Of a stretch of 64,000 nucleotides of DNA, positions 41,003 through 51,239 are shown in pieces. The translations under genes and the position numbers were made by a program. The DNA comes from an uncultured Cytophagales bacterium (lineage in GTDB: Bacteria; Bacteroidota; Bacteroidia; Cytophagales; Cyclobacteriaceae): the NCBI GenBank assembly GCA_963719535.1, contig CAVRCH010000014.1, positions 51,914-115,913 of the forward strand, read 5' to 3'. Numbering within the stretch: position 1 is the first letter of the stretch; every line of letters starts with the position of its first letter. The notes under the pieces are model-generated. The model saw only the letters and a program-made list of their open reading frames with translations, did not search any database and was not told where the DNA came from.

Positions 41003-42089
41003 AAGGAATCGGTTTAAATTTTTGTTGTGTTCCCATTCTTTTTAAAAACCTGAAATGCGATGCCAATGATTTCCTATAGGGCATTTCCATATAAGTTAAA
41101 CCATGTTTTTGGGCTAGTGCTCTAAATATTGGTAGTATTTTTATATAATGAACGTGACATATATTTGGTAATAGGTGATGTAAAGCATGGGCATTGAATC
41201 CGCCCAAAGTCCAATTAAAAAACCTACTATCTGCGTTATAGTCCACAGAGGTACACATTTGCAATTTTGGCCAACTCATATTTAGCTTGTTATTTTGGTC
41301 AGGCACAGGATGTTCTACATAATCGGATAAATGAGAAACGCCTAAAACTCCTACAAACAAGAGGGATACCATAAAGTGATTTAATAAAAATGCCAATAAA
41401 ACAGTTTCCCATCCAAAAGGCAATAAATAAATCGGTAGTATAATCATATATCCAATATAGAGTAGTTTGTAGGTAATCAATTTAATTACTTCCTTTTTCG
41501 GAATCTCAATTTTTATAGTCCTGCTAGAATAATTTAATAGCATCAAGGTCTCACGAAAGAAAAACCAATTTATAGAGTAAAGTAGGTATAAAAATGGAGC
41601 ATAAATAAACTGGTAACGGTGAAACCATTTTAGTTCCTGGGTTTCAGTCATTCGAAATAGTGGATTATTCAACACATCAATATCGCTACCTTCCACATTT
41701 GTGTATAAATGATGTGATTCGTTATGGTTCTTTCCCCAAACGTAAGCGTTATTTCCCTGAAGGTTAAAACTAAGTGAAAACAGGAATTTGTTCCAGAATT
41801 TGCTCTTTACCGCGACCCCGTGCGCTGCATCGTGGGAGATATTAAAAGCTGTGAGCAGCACTGAAAGTCCCATTAGTAAGTAAAATATGTAAAAGCCTAA
41901 AGTCGTGGCACTTGTTATCATAAGGCCATAAAATAAGATATCAAGACTGAAGTACAGAAAGATTTTGAAAATCATTTTCCTGTCTCCTGTCTTTCGAACA
42001 CCTTTTTCTGCAAAGTAATGCTCGATTTTCGCATTAAGTTCTTTATAGAACTCTGAACCTTCATCTTTTGAAAATTTTAATTTATTCAT
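40995..42089 (-). CDS. membrane fatty acid desaturase
   Basis: His boxes HDAAH, HNESHH, HALHHLLP; overlaps the downstream paralog. Confidence 0.9.
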   Translation of the reverse strand: MNKLKFSKDEGSEFYKELNAKIEHYFAEKGVRKTGDRKMIFKIFLYFSLDILFYGLMITSATTLGFYIFYLLMGLSVLLTAFNISHDAAHGVAVKSKFWNKFLFSLSFNLQGNNAYVWGKNHNESHHLYTNVEGSDIDVLNNPLFRMTETQELKWFHRYQFIYAPFLYLLYSINWFFFRETLMLLNYSSRTIKIEIPKKEVIKLITYKLLYIGYMIILPIYLLPFGWETVLLAFLLNHFMVSLLFVGVLGVSHLSDYVEHPVPDQNNKLNMSWPKLQMCTSVDYNADSRFFNWTLGGFNAHALHHLLPNICHVHYIKILPIFRALAQKHGLTYMEMPYRKSLASHFRFLKRMGTQQKFKPIPFA

Positions 42090-42247
42090 TTGTTCTTTTT
42101 AGCTGTGCAAAAGGTACAATTAAAGGTTTTGAGAAGACGGCCTGGCTTTCCGAAGTTCGTTATTTCACAAAGGAAGTAAATTTGTTCTCGCAAAAGAGTC
42201 CAGTTTATTTTTTCATTTTTGCCTCTTCCAAAGATTTAACAACCCTG

Positions 42248-42472
42248 TCAACTTGCTCCATCGCTACTTTTTTGGTTGTCAAGAGCATTCATTCTAGCCA
42301 TCTCTTCTTTTTTTCGATATTGGTCTGCTATGTTCTCTGCTTCTCTTGCCATTTCAGCATTCTCAATAGCGAGAGCCGCTTGTTCGTCTGCTCTTTCCTT
42401 TTGAAAATACCCATAAGTCATTGAAGATAATGATACAATTGTTAGCAGTACAATGCTTAATTTTTTTTTCAT
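42248..42472 (-). CDS. small exported hypothetical protein (possibly truncated)
   Basis: MKKK signal-like N-terminus and Ala/Glu-rich coiled segment. Confidence 0.5.
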   Translation of the reverse strand: MKKKLSIVLLTIVSLSSMTYGYFQKERADEQAALAIENAEMAREAENIADQYRKKEEMARMNALDNQKSSDGAS

Positions 42473-42899
42473 CTTACAAGTCTTTTATTTTTACCTACCT
42501 TTTACTATCCTAAAATTATGCGGTGACTATTTCTTTACTTAGTACAAAGCACCGACTTAAGTCTATCATTCGGTATTCATTCTTCACTGAGCCGACCCAA
42601 TTTCCTGCAACGCAATCGATATGCACTTTTGTGAAATTATAATCGATTAATTAGCTGCAAGATAAAGATAGTGAAAAACGATAATATTTATTTTTTTTGG
42701 TTAAGGCTTTTTTTTTACCTGATGTGGGATATGTTATTTTTTACTCAGTGATTAAAAAAATTGGTCTTCTGTCATTAGCGGTAATAGCGACTGTTTAAAG
42801 TTCTTTCCTTGTTATTATAATTTAGCAATCTGATTCTGTCGCATTAAAATATTGTAAATAGGCTTCAATAGATCGAGATAAACTCATTTTTTTACTGAA

Positions 42900-43239
42900 A
42901 GCATATCCTTTGGCTTACTCAATAATCTTTTGATTAAGAGCTTTAAAGTAAATTTTGTATCCGCAAAAATTAATTGGTACGTACAAATATTAATAATCCT
43001 TACATTTCAACCACATGAAGTATTTTCCTTGCGAGGTTCGTTTACACCTGAAATTTAAATAAAGCCGTAAACCTTGAAAATTTCGGACGACTAAGAACTT
43101 CTATATATTCTTGAAGAATTGTATTTGAAACGCAGATGATTGCATTGCCATCAATACAATAGTCAACGATTAAATAAGGGTAGTTTTTTTGAATTAAGGA
43201 AGATATAATTACGTTGGTATCAAGAATTATTTTTTGCAT
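42900..43239 (-). pseudogene. truncated PIN-domain toxin
   Basis: MQKIILDTNVIISSL...EYIEVLSRPKF N-terminus, early stop at 43042, degenerate remnant beyond. Confidence 0.75.
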
Positions 43240-43446
43240 TCCTGTACTCTTTTATTTCCTCATTAATTTCTTCCATTGTCATTTTGGAAAGCTCGTACTT
43301 GTTAGCTAACTGAATGCTTTTTTCTATGGTTTATTTTGTTATTTTTTTTCAATGATTTCAATCAATTCAGAAAGAGAAAAGGTATTTTTATTCAATCCTA
43401 ATTGCTTGAACTCAAAGTCCGATATTTGAATTTTAACAGATTTCAA
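43220..43446 (-). pseudogene. decayed antitoxin of the PIN toxin
   Basis: manual translation LKSVKIQISDFEFKQLG...(frameshift, stop)...KYELSKMTMEEINEEIKEYRNAKNNS, overlapping the toxin start. Confidence 0.6.
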
Positions 43447-43619
43447 ATCAATTTTATTTAAATCCTAATTTATGAATTTTTAGCTATTTATTTTACCATT
43501 ACAGTTAACATTTCTTATGGAAACCCTACGATACAAATACTTGCCTGATTTAATTTTTATCTAATTTAAAAACGCCAATAAAGAGAAAATTGTTAAGTTT
43601 AAGTAAATTCATATACCAA

Positions 43620-44543
43620 TCAGTCTTTTAAAGAGTCAATAATACCTGCATCTACCCAGTAAAACTTCTGATTACTCGTGTAAAAAAAATATTTGCCATC
43701 CTTAGTTACAAATGGGCACAGCTCATGTCCTTCAGTGTTAATAATCTCTCCCATATTTTTAGCTTTGATCCAATTACCCTCATCATTTTTAAAGCTGATG
43801 TAGAAGTCACCTTGACCATAACCTTCTTTTCTAATACTACAATAAATGATATAGGACTCATCGGGAGCAATAAACACATCTGCTTCATAGGCTTTTGTGT
43901 TGATGGATTCACCCATTGGCACAGCCTTTTGAAAAGCATCATTTTTATATTTTGATTGATAAATATTGAAGTTATGTTGTCTATCAGGCAAAGCGTTAAC
44001 ATTTGAAGAAAAATACATACTACCATCAGAAGTAAATGACATATAATATTCATTCTTATTGGAATTGATAGTGGAATCTACTTTAAACATTGTTGAATTC
44101 CACCCTTGCTCTTCCCTTTCAATATAAAAAATGTTGTAGATATTAGTAAGCGTATCTCTCCCTTCGGCTTTACTAGATATGAAATATAGTCTTTTTTCAT
44201 CATTTGAAAGAAATGGGTCGTTGCAACTGTATTTATCATCGGAAAGCAAAATCTTTGGGTCAGTCCATTCATCATTTTCTAGTTTAGAAAAGTGAATTTC
44301 TGATTTGCCATTACGATCTACTCCATAATAAAATTCAGTACCCTCTTTATTAAACACCGAGCCGAATAACGATTCATTGTTTTTATAAATGATATCGGGA
44401 GCAAAAATTTCAGGATTTTGTGTAGGTGGCTTTTGCCCCAAATATTTAAGATGTTCTTCAGTTTGCGGTGAGCAACTAAGAATAGAAATGTAGGAAAATA
44501 TGATTCCGATAATTATTAGTCTATTTGATATAAAATTTTTCAA
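43620..44543 (-). CDS. PD40/TolB-like beta-propeller lipoprotein
   Basis: lipobox ILSC; PEIFAPD, DPFLSND.KRLYFIS, CPFVTKDGKYFFYTS repeats. Confidence 0.8.
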   Translation of the reverse strand: MKNFISNRLIIIGIIFSYISILSCSPQTEEHLKYLGQKPPTQNPEIFAPDIIYKNNESLFGSVFNKEGTEFYYGVDRNGKSEIHFSKLENDEWTDPKILLSDDKYSCNDPFLSNDEKRLYFISSKAEGRDTLTNIYNIFYIEREEQGWNSTMFKVDSTINSNKNEYYMSFTSDGSMYFSSNVNALPDRQHNFNIYQSKYKNDAFQKAVPMGESINTKAYEADVFIAPDESYIIYCSIRKEGYGQGDFYISFKNDEGNWIKAKNMGEIINTEGHELCPFVTKDGKYFFYTSNQKFYWVDAGIIDSLKD

Positions 44544-44634
44544 TCTGTGCTGATTTTATTTGTCGGTCGTTTAAAAACATTACAATACTTAGGTTTAATA
44601 ATTCTCCTCCATTAAAACACCTAATTTTAAACTA

Positions 44635-45861
44635 TTATTTATACCGCTTCTGAAAGGTATAGCCCAATCGGAAGTCTAAAAAATCTGCCACCTGCCGATG
44701 GGCCAGCAGGTTTATTCCTGCACTCAACTGTCGGTTTATGCGATACTGTACCCCCCAACGGTGATATAACCGATCATAATAAGGTGTTTGGTCAAAAATA
44801 TACACACCCAGCCGCTGGCTAAACTGAAAACGGCCCAGCAAAAACTCATGACCTAGCATCATTCCTGCTTTCACAGGACTGGCATCAATGCCGTCATTGC
44901 GGAGGTTTTCAGCTACACTGCCATCGTGGTATACTTCGGCTCCTAAAGTGAGCATATTCAAACTTCCCACCTGCTTTGCTACTTGTATCGCTAATCCTCC
45001 CATAATGAACCTTTTACGATCACCGTCCTGATCGAAGCCTCGAAGCACAGCGCCCATTAAAGTAACATCGTACCGGGGCGAATAGTCTTTCCAGTATTTT
45101 TCAGTGGTCTTCCTCCCTGTATACCAAGGGCGATAAACAGGTTGGTAAGTGACCGAAATACCGGCAGTAGGCCAGTTAATTCCTTTGTTAGGATCTCGTA
45201 ATCCTCCATTAGAAATGTGCTGATAATTTATAGTAGGGTTTATCCACCAGCGTTCCGACAATTGCACCCAAACGCCAACTCCAACTAATAAATAAATGCT
45301 TAAATGGGTACTGTAAGATTGGTTAGCAGGATTCTCTATGCTATCATAAGGGTTGTTGAGGTATGACAGTCCTGCGGCGGCTTTAAAAGAAAATAATACC
45401 CGATCTGTAATTTTATAAGTAGGCTCAAGGAAATAAGCAGCAGTGCCACTCTTGCCTAACAAGCCTACATCATAATCGTAATAAGCCAGCATTAAACCCT
45501 GGCGTGGATAACAATGACATAAGGAAAACATAGCAGAATCGTTGCGCTGCCAGCTAAAAATAGCTTCTATACCAGTTGGTCGTGCCCCACTGGTATTTTG
45601 TACGTCCTGTGAATGGGCAAAAATGAAGCCATGTTGTAAGCCTATTCCCAATGAGAACAGTGGCTCTTTCTTAGTGTCACCTACTTCAGCTGAAGAGTCT
45701 GTTTGGGCGATGGCCAATGACGTAGTGCAGGTTGCAGAAATTAATAACCCAATGGCTACTTGCATAATAAAAGACCTGGCATATTTACTGATACTCAAGT
45801 CAATTTTGTTGTGATAAAATATTTTAGGTAGTACAATTTTTACTGGGAATTTCATAAACAA
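44635..45861 (-). CDS. acyloxyacyl hydrolase / lipid A 3-O-deacylase-like beta-barrel
   Basis: YQHISNGGLRDPNKGINWP PagL-like catalytic motif; true start probably downstream of 45861. Confidence 0.75.
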   Translation of the reverse strand: MFMKFPVKIVLPKIFYHNKIDLSISKYARSFIMQVAIGLLISATCTTSLAIAQTDSSAEVGDTKKEPLFSLGIGLQHGFIFAHSQDVQNTSGARPTGIEAIFSWQRNDSAMFSLCHCYPRQGLMLAYYDYDVGLLGKSGTAAYFLEPTYKITDRVLFSFKAAAGLSYLNNPYDSIENPANQSYSTHLSIYLLVGVGVWVQLSERWWINPTINYQHISNGGLRDPNKGINWPTAGISVTYQPVYRPWYTGRKTTEKYWKDYSPRYDVTLMGAVLRGFDQDGDRKRFIMGGLAIQVAKQVGSLNMLTLGAEVYHDGSVAENLRNDGIDASPVKAGMMLGHEFLLGRFQFSQRLGVYIFDQTPYYDRLYHRWGVQYRINRQLSAGINLLAHRQVADFLDFRLGYTFQKRYK

Positions 45862-45979
45862 ACTTAATACAAAGCAAGATTACTAACGGCTATTCCACTC
45901 TATCTGATTCGTTTTTTCACTTTCATTTGTTTAGGAAAACAATCAAAAGCCGGTTTGGAAATCGCTAAATTAACAGAAG

Positions 45980-47236
45980 CTATTCTTCCATTTTTTTTGC
46001 TATTTCTCCATCTAAAAAACCATCTAACAACTCAACTCCTATCACTGTATTGGTAGAATCCCTAATAAACCGTTGAGCGGCATCATTTTGCTCCATGTAA
46101 AATTGGTTGGATGACTGAGGAATGAGATGAATCCTGTTAGAACCCATCACAACGAAAAGACTGTCATTTTCAGTTATTACTTCAAAATTCACCTGCTCAT
46201 TCAAAGAATAAGTGCCAGTAAAATCATCAAGCAGACTTTTATCAATAGCCAATGGTTTTCTAGGTAGTGGAATTCTATATGATTTGTTTTGAAGAATTGA
46301 ATCGATACTATTCGCTATTTCCTGAGCAACTGGATGCCTTCGATTGCTTAAAATAATTATTGTTGTTTGGTTTAATGGGATGTTAGTTAATGAGTAACTA
46401 AAGCCATCATCTGAAGTGTAAGAAAACTTATTTTCTATCCGATTGGGATTAGAATTGACTATTTTGACTAAATCAATGGCGGTTGATTTAATGCCGTTGC
46501 TACTAAATGCTATATTGGCATCATAAATTGGCGATTTTAGCAGTTCAAGTCCTTTGCCCCGGTGGTTATAATGCAAATAGCCTTCTGCCAATGCAGTGTC
46601 GAGTCTTTGAAAGTAGGTGTTAACTAATCCTAAATTTTCGGAATAGTCCTGCAAATTTTCCTGAAAGGTTTTTCCACTTTGCCTCTCAATGAGTACTCCT
46701 AAAAGATTATAATTCAACTCGCTATATTGAGCCGTATCGGAGGACTTTATGGCTAAATTAGTAAACTTAATTGTTGAATATGGGATGTCAGGATTTTGTT
46801 CAATTACTGTTGCTAAAGCTGGAAGACTTGTTTTGTGCTCCATTAAATCTTTGATAGTAAATTCAGCAATAATCTCCGGAATGTATTGGTTAATCTTATC
46901 GGATAATTTAATTGCATCTTTCTCCACCATTTTTCTGATAATATTAGCTGTAATTACCTCGGAAATTTTACCAATCTTGAATGAGGTTTTATCTGAAAAG
47001 GCAATATTACTTTCATAATCTGCTAAACCAAAACTATTATTATAGATAATGGTATCGCCTTTGGTTATTAAAATAACACCGCTAAATCGTTCCAGCTCCA
47101 AATAACGTTGGGCAAGAATATCAATTTTTGCAGTGGTTGGGTTATCCAGGTATTTAGTTTCAAATTCCCTATCTGGCTCACAAGAGAGAAGGTTTATTAT
47201 AACTACTAAAATTGCAAGGCTAAATATGTTTCTCAT
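45980..47236 (-). CDS. beta-lactamase-family serine hydrolase-like lipoprotein
   Basis: lipobox LLSC; FSGVILI, LMEHKTSLP, YSELNYNLLG; SxxK region degenerate (FKIGKISE). Confidence 0.75.
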   Translation of the reverse strand: MRNIFSLAILVVIINLLSCEPDREFETKYLDNPTTAKIDILAQRYLELERFSGVILITKGDTIIYNNSFGLADYESNIAFSDKTSFKIGKISEVITANIIRKMVEKDAIKLSDKINQYIPEIIAEFTIKDLMEHKTSLPALATVIEQNPDIPYSTIKFTNLAIKSSDTAQYSELNYNLLGVLIERQSGKTFQENLQDYSENLGLVNTYFQRLDTALAEGYLHYNHRGKGLELLKSPIYDANIAFSSNGIKSTAIDLVKIVNSNPNRIENKFSYTSDDGFSYSLTNIPLNQTTIIILSNRRHPVAQEIANSIDSILQNKSYRIPLPRKPLAIDKSLLDDFTGTYSLNEQVNFEVITENDSLFVVMGSNRIHLIPQSSNQFYMEQNDAAQRFIRDSTNTVIGVELLDGFLDGEIAKKMEE

Positions 47237-47469
47237 TGTTTATTTATTGCATTGAAGATGATTTGAAATAGTAAATCACTACAATTATTAATAAAGTTAA
47301 ATATAATGAAATATAAAAAAATATACCTAAACAATTGATGGCAAATTACTTATGGAATATTATTGACTAGCTTCAATAATTTTTCAACTAACCGAGGTGA
47401 AATCTACCACGATTAAGGCACTTTCAAATGACAAGTTGGGGTTTAAAGTAAATTTTTCAAGTATTTTTA

Positions 47470-47664
47470 CTATTCCCGCACATAAGAAAAAACCGCCTGA
47501 AGCGAGTCGTGCGTTAAACTCGGGTAATTTTCTAAAATCTGTTGCTCCGATCAACCTTGTGCCAGCAATCCAATAATATGTTCTATGGATATTCTGGTTC
47601 CTTTTACTGTCGGTTTTCCTAAAAGAATGTTACTATCTGATATGATATGTTCTTGCCATTGCAT
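47470..47664 (-). pseudogene. DUF433 antitoxin with premature stop
   Basis: MQWQEHIISDSNILLGKPTVKGTRISIEHIIGLLAQG*SEQQILENYPSL...; in-frame TGA at 47551-47553 where Trp is expected. Confidence 0.8.
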
Positions 47665-47800
47665 ACTTAAAATCACGAAGATCCTTTTAAATTTACTCAA
47701 CACAATTATAGTCCATCGCAATTCTAAGTTAAGTATCATTCGAATTAAAATGGATAATAAAATATACACTATATTGTCGTTTCTTTAAGCTATTCAATCC

Positions 47801-50170
47801 ATGCTACTTCATCACTTAAAACTGATTTTCCGAAACTTTAAAAGGTATAAATCTACCTTTTTTATTAATCTGATTGGGCTTTCCACAGGTCTGGCCACTG
47901 CTTTATTTATTTACCTCTGGGTAATGGATGAGCTAAGTGTTGATAAATTCCACCAGAATGAAAAGCAGCTTTATCAGGTGATGGTGAATAGGCATTCAGG
48001 TACAGGAATAGATACTGAATTTAAAACTCCTGCTTTTTTGGGTGAAGCATTGGCTGAAGAAATGCCTGAGGTAGAATATGCTGTTACTACCTCTTCTCTG
48101 CAAGGTTTTGATAATATTAACCTATCCATTGCCTTTGACGACATAAACCTGAAAGAAAAATGTCTGTTTGCAGGGAAAGATTTCTTCAATGCTTTTTCCT
48201 ACGAATTAATTCAGGGCGATCCTGATCAAGTGCTGGCCGAAAAAAATTCTATCGTAATTTCTGAAACCCTCGCCCTTAAACTATTCAAAACTACAGAAGG
48301 CGTACTTGGCAAAGCCATCAATTTAAAAGTGAAGAATGAAGATTATATTGTTTCAGGAATTTTCAAAGATATTCCCTCTAACTCAACTCACACATTTGAT
48401 TTTTTGATACCATGGGAAGCTTACAAAGACTACTTACAAGCGCATTGGTATGCATGGGATGAGCTTTTATATCAGACTTATATCATCTTAAAACCTAAAA
48501 CTAATCCCAATGAATTCAATGAAAAAATAACTGATTTCATCACAACAAAATATAAAGAATCACCGGACAAAATATTTATTAAACCTTATTCCTCTGTCTA
48601 TCTTTATGGTAAATATGAAAATGGAGTTCAGGCAGGTGGTAGAATTGAATATGTAAAATTGTTTTCAATTGTTGCTGTTTTTATCCTACTCATTGCGGCT
48701 ATTAATTTCATGAATCTTTCTACCGCTAAAGCTCTAGGGCGTGCCAAAGAAGTAGGTATTAAAAAATCTATCGGGGCAAACCGGGGTTCTCTCATCATCC
48801 AGTTTTTTGCAGAAGCATTTTTACTTACCTTAATTGCTTTGTTAATAGCCTTAGTTGTGGTAAAGCTATTTTTGCCACAGTTTAGTCAGCTAACAGGCAA
48901 AAATCTTTTCCTCCTATTAGACCTTCAAATGATATTGGTCTTATTGGGAATTCTAGTAGTTACTGCATCACTTGCAGGAACTTATCCTGCGCTATACCTT
49001 TCTCGTTTTAAACCTTCTACAGTATTAAAAGGCAAATTAAATATTGGGAAGAATGAAGTCTCTATCCGTAAAGGCTTGGTAGTATTCCAATTTGCTTTGT
49101 CGATCGTTTTCATAGTATCGGTGGTGGTTGTTTATCAACAGATTCAACTAATCCACACTAAGAATTTAGGCTACAACAAGGAAAATATCATCTATTTTGA
49201 CTCAGAAGGTTTTCGAGGAACAGCACTAGATGAAACTTTTATTTCCGAACTAAGAAATATTTCAGGAGTGTCCCATGCTTCAGGCACTTCCGAAGTTATT
49301 GTAAACCCCTCAACTATAATGACTGGCATTCATTGGCCGGGAAAGAATCCGCTGGAAGAATACTCATTTAATGGTGCTGGTGTAATGGAGGGCATGATTG
49401 AATTATTAGGAATCGAAGTCATTGAAGGGCGCTCATTTTCAAACAATTATCAGTCCGAGGTGGATCAAATCATCATTAATGAAGCTGCTTTAGAGGTAAT
49501 GGGGTTAACCGACCCTATTGGTCAGGTGATCGACTTCTATGGTGCTGCAGAAATTGTGGGAGTGGCTAAAAACTTTCATTTTAAATCACTCTATGAAGAA
49601 ATTAAACCCTACATTTTTATTTTAGAGACTGGTGCTATGCAATTCATGGTAAAGCTAACACCTAACAATCAAGTAGAAACCTTAGCCAGTATTCAGCAAG
49701 TTTATAAAAAATTTAATCCCGGATACCAGTTCAATTATAAATTTATGGATGAAGATTATCAAGCTTTATATGTAGCAGAGCAAAGAGTTGCTACTTTATC
49801 TCAATATTTTGCCGGACTGGCCATCCTCATCTCATGCCTTGGATTGTTTGGTTTAGCTGCCTTTTCTGCTGAAGTACGAATGAAAGAAATTGGAATTAGA
49901 AAGGTTTTAGGCTCTTCCGTATTTGGTATTATTAAGTTATTATCTGCAGATTTTACTAAGCTAGTTCTAATTGCGACCTTTTTTGGGCTGCCTTTAAGCT
50001 ACTTTATTACCTATAAATGGTTGAATAATTTTGCTTATAGTGTTGAGTTGGAATGGTGGTATTTTGTAAGTGCGGGTATCATTGTTTTATTAATTACGTG
50101 GTTAACAGTTGGCTATCAATCCTTTAAAGCAGCTAAAGTTAACCCTACAGAATGTTTAAAGAGTGAGTAA
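47801..50170 (+). CDS. ABC transporter permease (MacB/FtsX-like, Bacteroidota type)
   Basis: FINLIGLSTG, INFMNLSTA...RAKEVGIKK.IGA, KEIGIRKVLG, NPTECLKSE. Confidence 0.93.
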   Translation: MLLHHLKLIFRNFKRYKSTFFINLIGLSTGLATALFIYLWVMDELSVDKFHQNEKQLYQVMVNRHSGTGIDTEFKTPAFLGEALAEEMPEVEYAVTTSSLQGFDNINLSIAFDDINLKEKCLFAGKDFFNAFSYELIQGDPDQVLAEKNSIVISETLALKLFKTTEGVLGKAINLKVKNEDYIVSGIFKDIPSNSTHTFDFLIPWEAYKDYLQAHWYAWDELLYQTYIILKPKTNPNEFNEKITDFITTKYKESPDKIFIKPYSSVYLYGKYENGVQAGGRIEYVKLFSIVAVFILLIAAINFMNLSTAKALGRAKEVGIKKSIGANRGSLIIQFFAEAFLLTLIALLIALVVVKLFLPQFSQLTGKNLFLLLDLQMILVLLGILVVTASLAGTYPALYLSRFKPSTVLKGKLNIGKNEVSIRKGLVVFQFALSIVFIVSVVVVYQQIQLIHTKNLGYNKENIIYFDSEGFRGTALDETFISELRNISGVSHASGTSEVIVNPSTIMTGIHWPGKNPLEEYSFNGAGVMEGMIELLGIEVIEGRSFSNNYQSEVDQIIINEAALEVMGLTDPIGQVIDFYGAAEIVGVAKNFHFKSLYEEIKPYIFILETGAMQFMVKLTPNNQVETLASIQQVYKKFNPGYQFNYKFMDEDYQALYVAEQRVATLSQYFAGLAILISCLGLFGLAAFSAEVRMKEIGIRKVLGSSVFGIIKLLSADFTKLVLIATFFGLPLSYFITYKWLNNFAYSVELEWWYFVSAGIIVLLITWLTVGYQSFKAAKVNPTECLKSE

Positions 50171-50217
50171 AGTGCTGATTTAGAATAACTTGAAAATGCT
50201 TTTTTAGGAATTCCAAA

Positions 50218-50661
50218 TCACTCCTCATATAAATCAGGCGTTACATTGATTTTTAAAACAAATACTCCATTCTTATCTCTGTAACTATAAGCCATGGTCA
50301 CTTTATTTTCACGATAGAGTTCCAGATCAGGATTTGTCTTTACATTATTTATAATAGAAGGTTCAATGTACTTTTTAACTGCATCAGGATCAACTTCAGA
50401 TTTATCTAAATTCACCAGTGTATAATTGTATTGAAATACATTGCCTGGCATTGCTGCAGCATTATCTAGCCTTGTATCTTTATCGACCATGAATGGGCAA
50501 CTCTTATTCAATTCACTAGCCGCTTCCATCATCGCCTTATCAAAAGTAGGGGCTTTAAAAAATATTTGTTGAACAGCAAAATAAGCTAACCCGAATACTA
50601 AAACTCCAAATATGACTCCTAAAATGGATTTATTATTGTTTTTATCTCTTGACTGATCCAT
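50218..50661 (-). CDS. membrane-anchored hypothetical protein
   Basis: likely start MDQS at 50661; TM helix then ELNKSCPFMVDKDTRLD domain. Confidence 0.7.
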   Translation of the reverse strand: MDQSRDKNNNKSILGVIFGVLVFGLAYFAVQQIFFKAPTFDKAMMEAASELNKSCPFMVDKDTRLDNAAAMPGNVFQYNYTLVNLDKSEVDPDAVKKYIEPSIINNVKTNPDLELYRENKVTMAYSYRDKNGVFVLKINVTPDLYEE

Positions 50662-50862
50662 ATAAATTATAAAATTACTGCACCTATAAAATATTTCAAC
50701 TAACAACCACAGTTTAAACAGGGAATACACTTTCTCTGATTTAAAGCTTAAACCAAGTCTAAATTCTTTCTTTATGAAGAAAAAACACGGCTCTAAATAT
50801 AAAATAAAATTTGCTATTATTTTTTAAGACTCAAAAATATACAAGTACACTAAAACAACTAT

Positions 50863-51234
50863 TTATAATGCCTCAATACTACTCTCCTGCTTAGACTTAT
50901 TAATTACTACAAACTCTTGCTTTGGCGCGTCAAAAATTAAGCTATATCCTAAAAAGGGGACATTACCCAAAACACCCTCTATTTTAGTAAAAGGCTTTAT
51001 CAATCCCTGAAATTGACCAAAGATGTCAACGTAATTGACCCTATTCATTCTAATATTATTACCTGCAAGCGCTATCGTTTTATGGGTTACATTTTGAAAA
51101 ACATTTACTGAAACACCCCATCCATCTTTTGCTCCCCAATCCATTAATTTATAGCTAATTTCTACTGAATTTGGATCCGAATACTCCTCATATTGATCTT
51201 TTACAGTTATTAAACCGAAGGAGCTGCTGTAGGC
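50863..51234 (-). pseudogene. 5'-truncated gene remnant (possible retropepsin-like C-terminus)
   Basis: open frame starting right after the RND adaptor stop with no proper start; IEGVLGNVPFL...LIFD. Confidence 0.35.
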
Positions 51235-51239
51235 TTAAC

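Noticed and set aside
47551-47553. TGA recoding (Trp or Sec) in the DUF433 gene
   Set aside because: TGA is a normal stop elsewhere in the window and the partner toxin is decayed, so a nonsense mutation is simpler.
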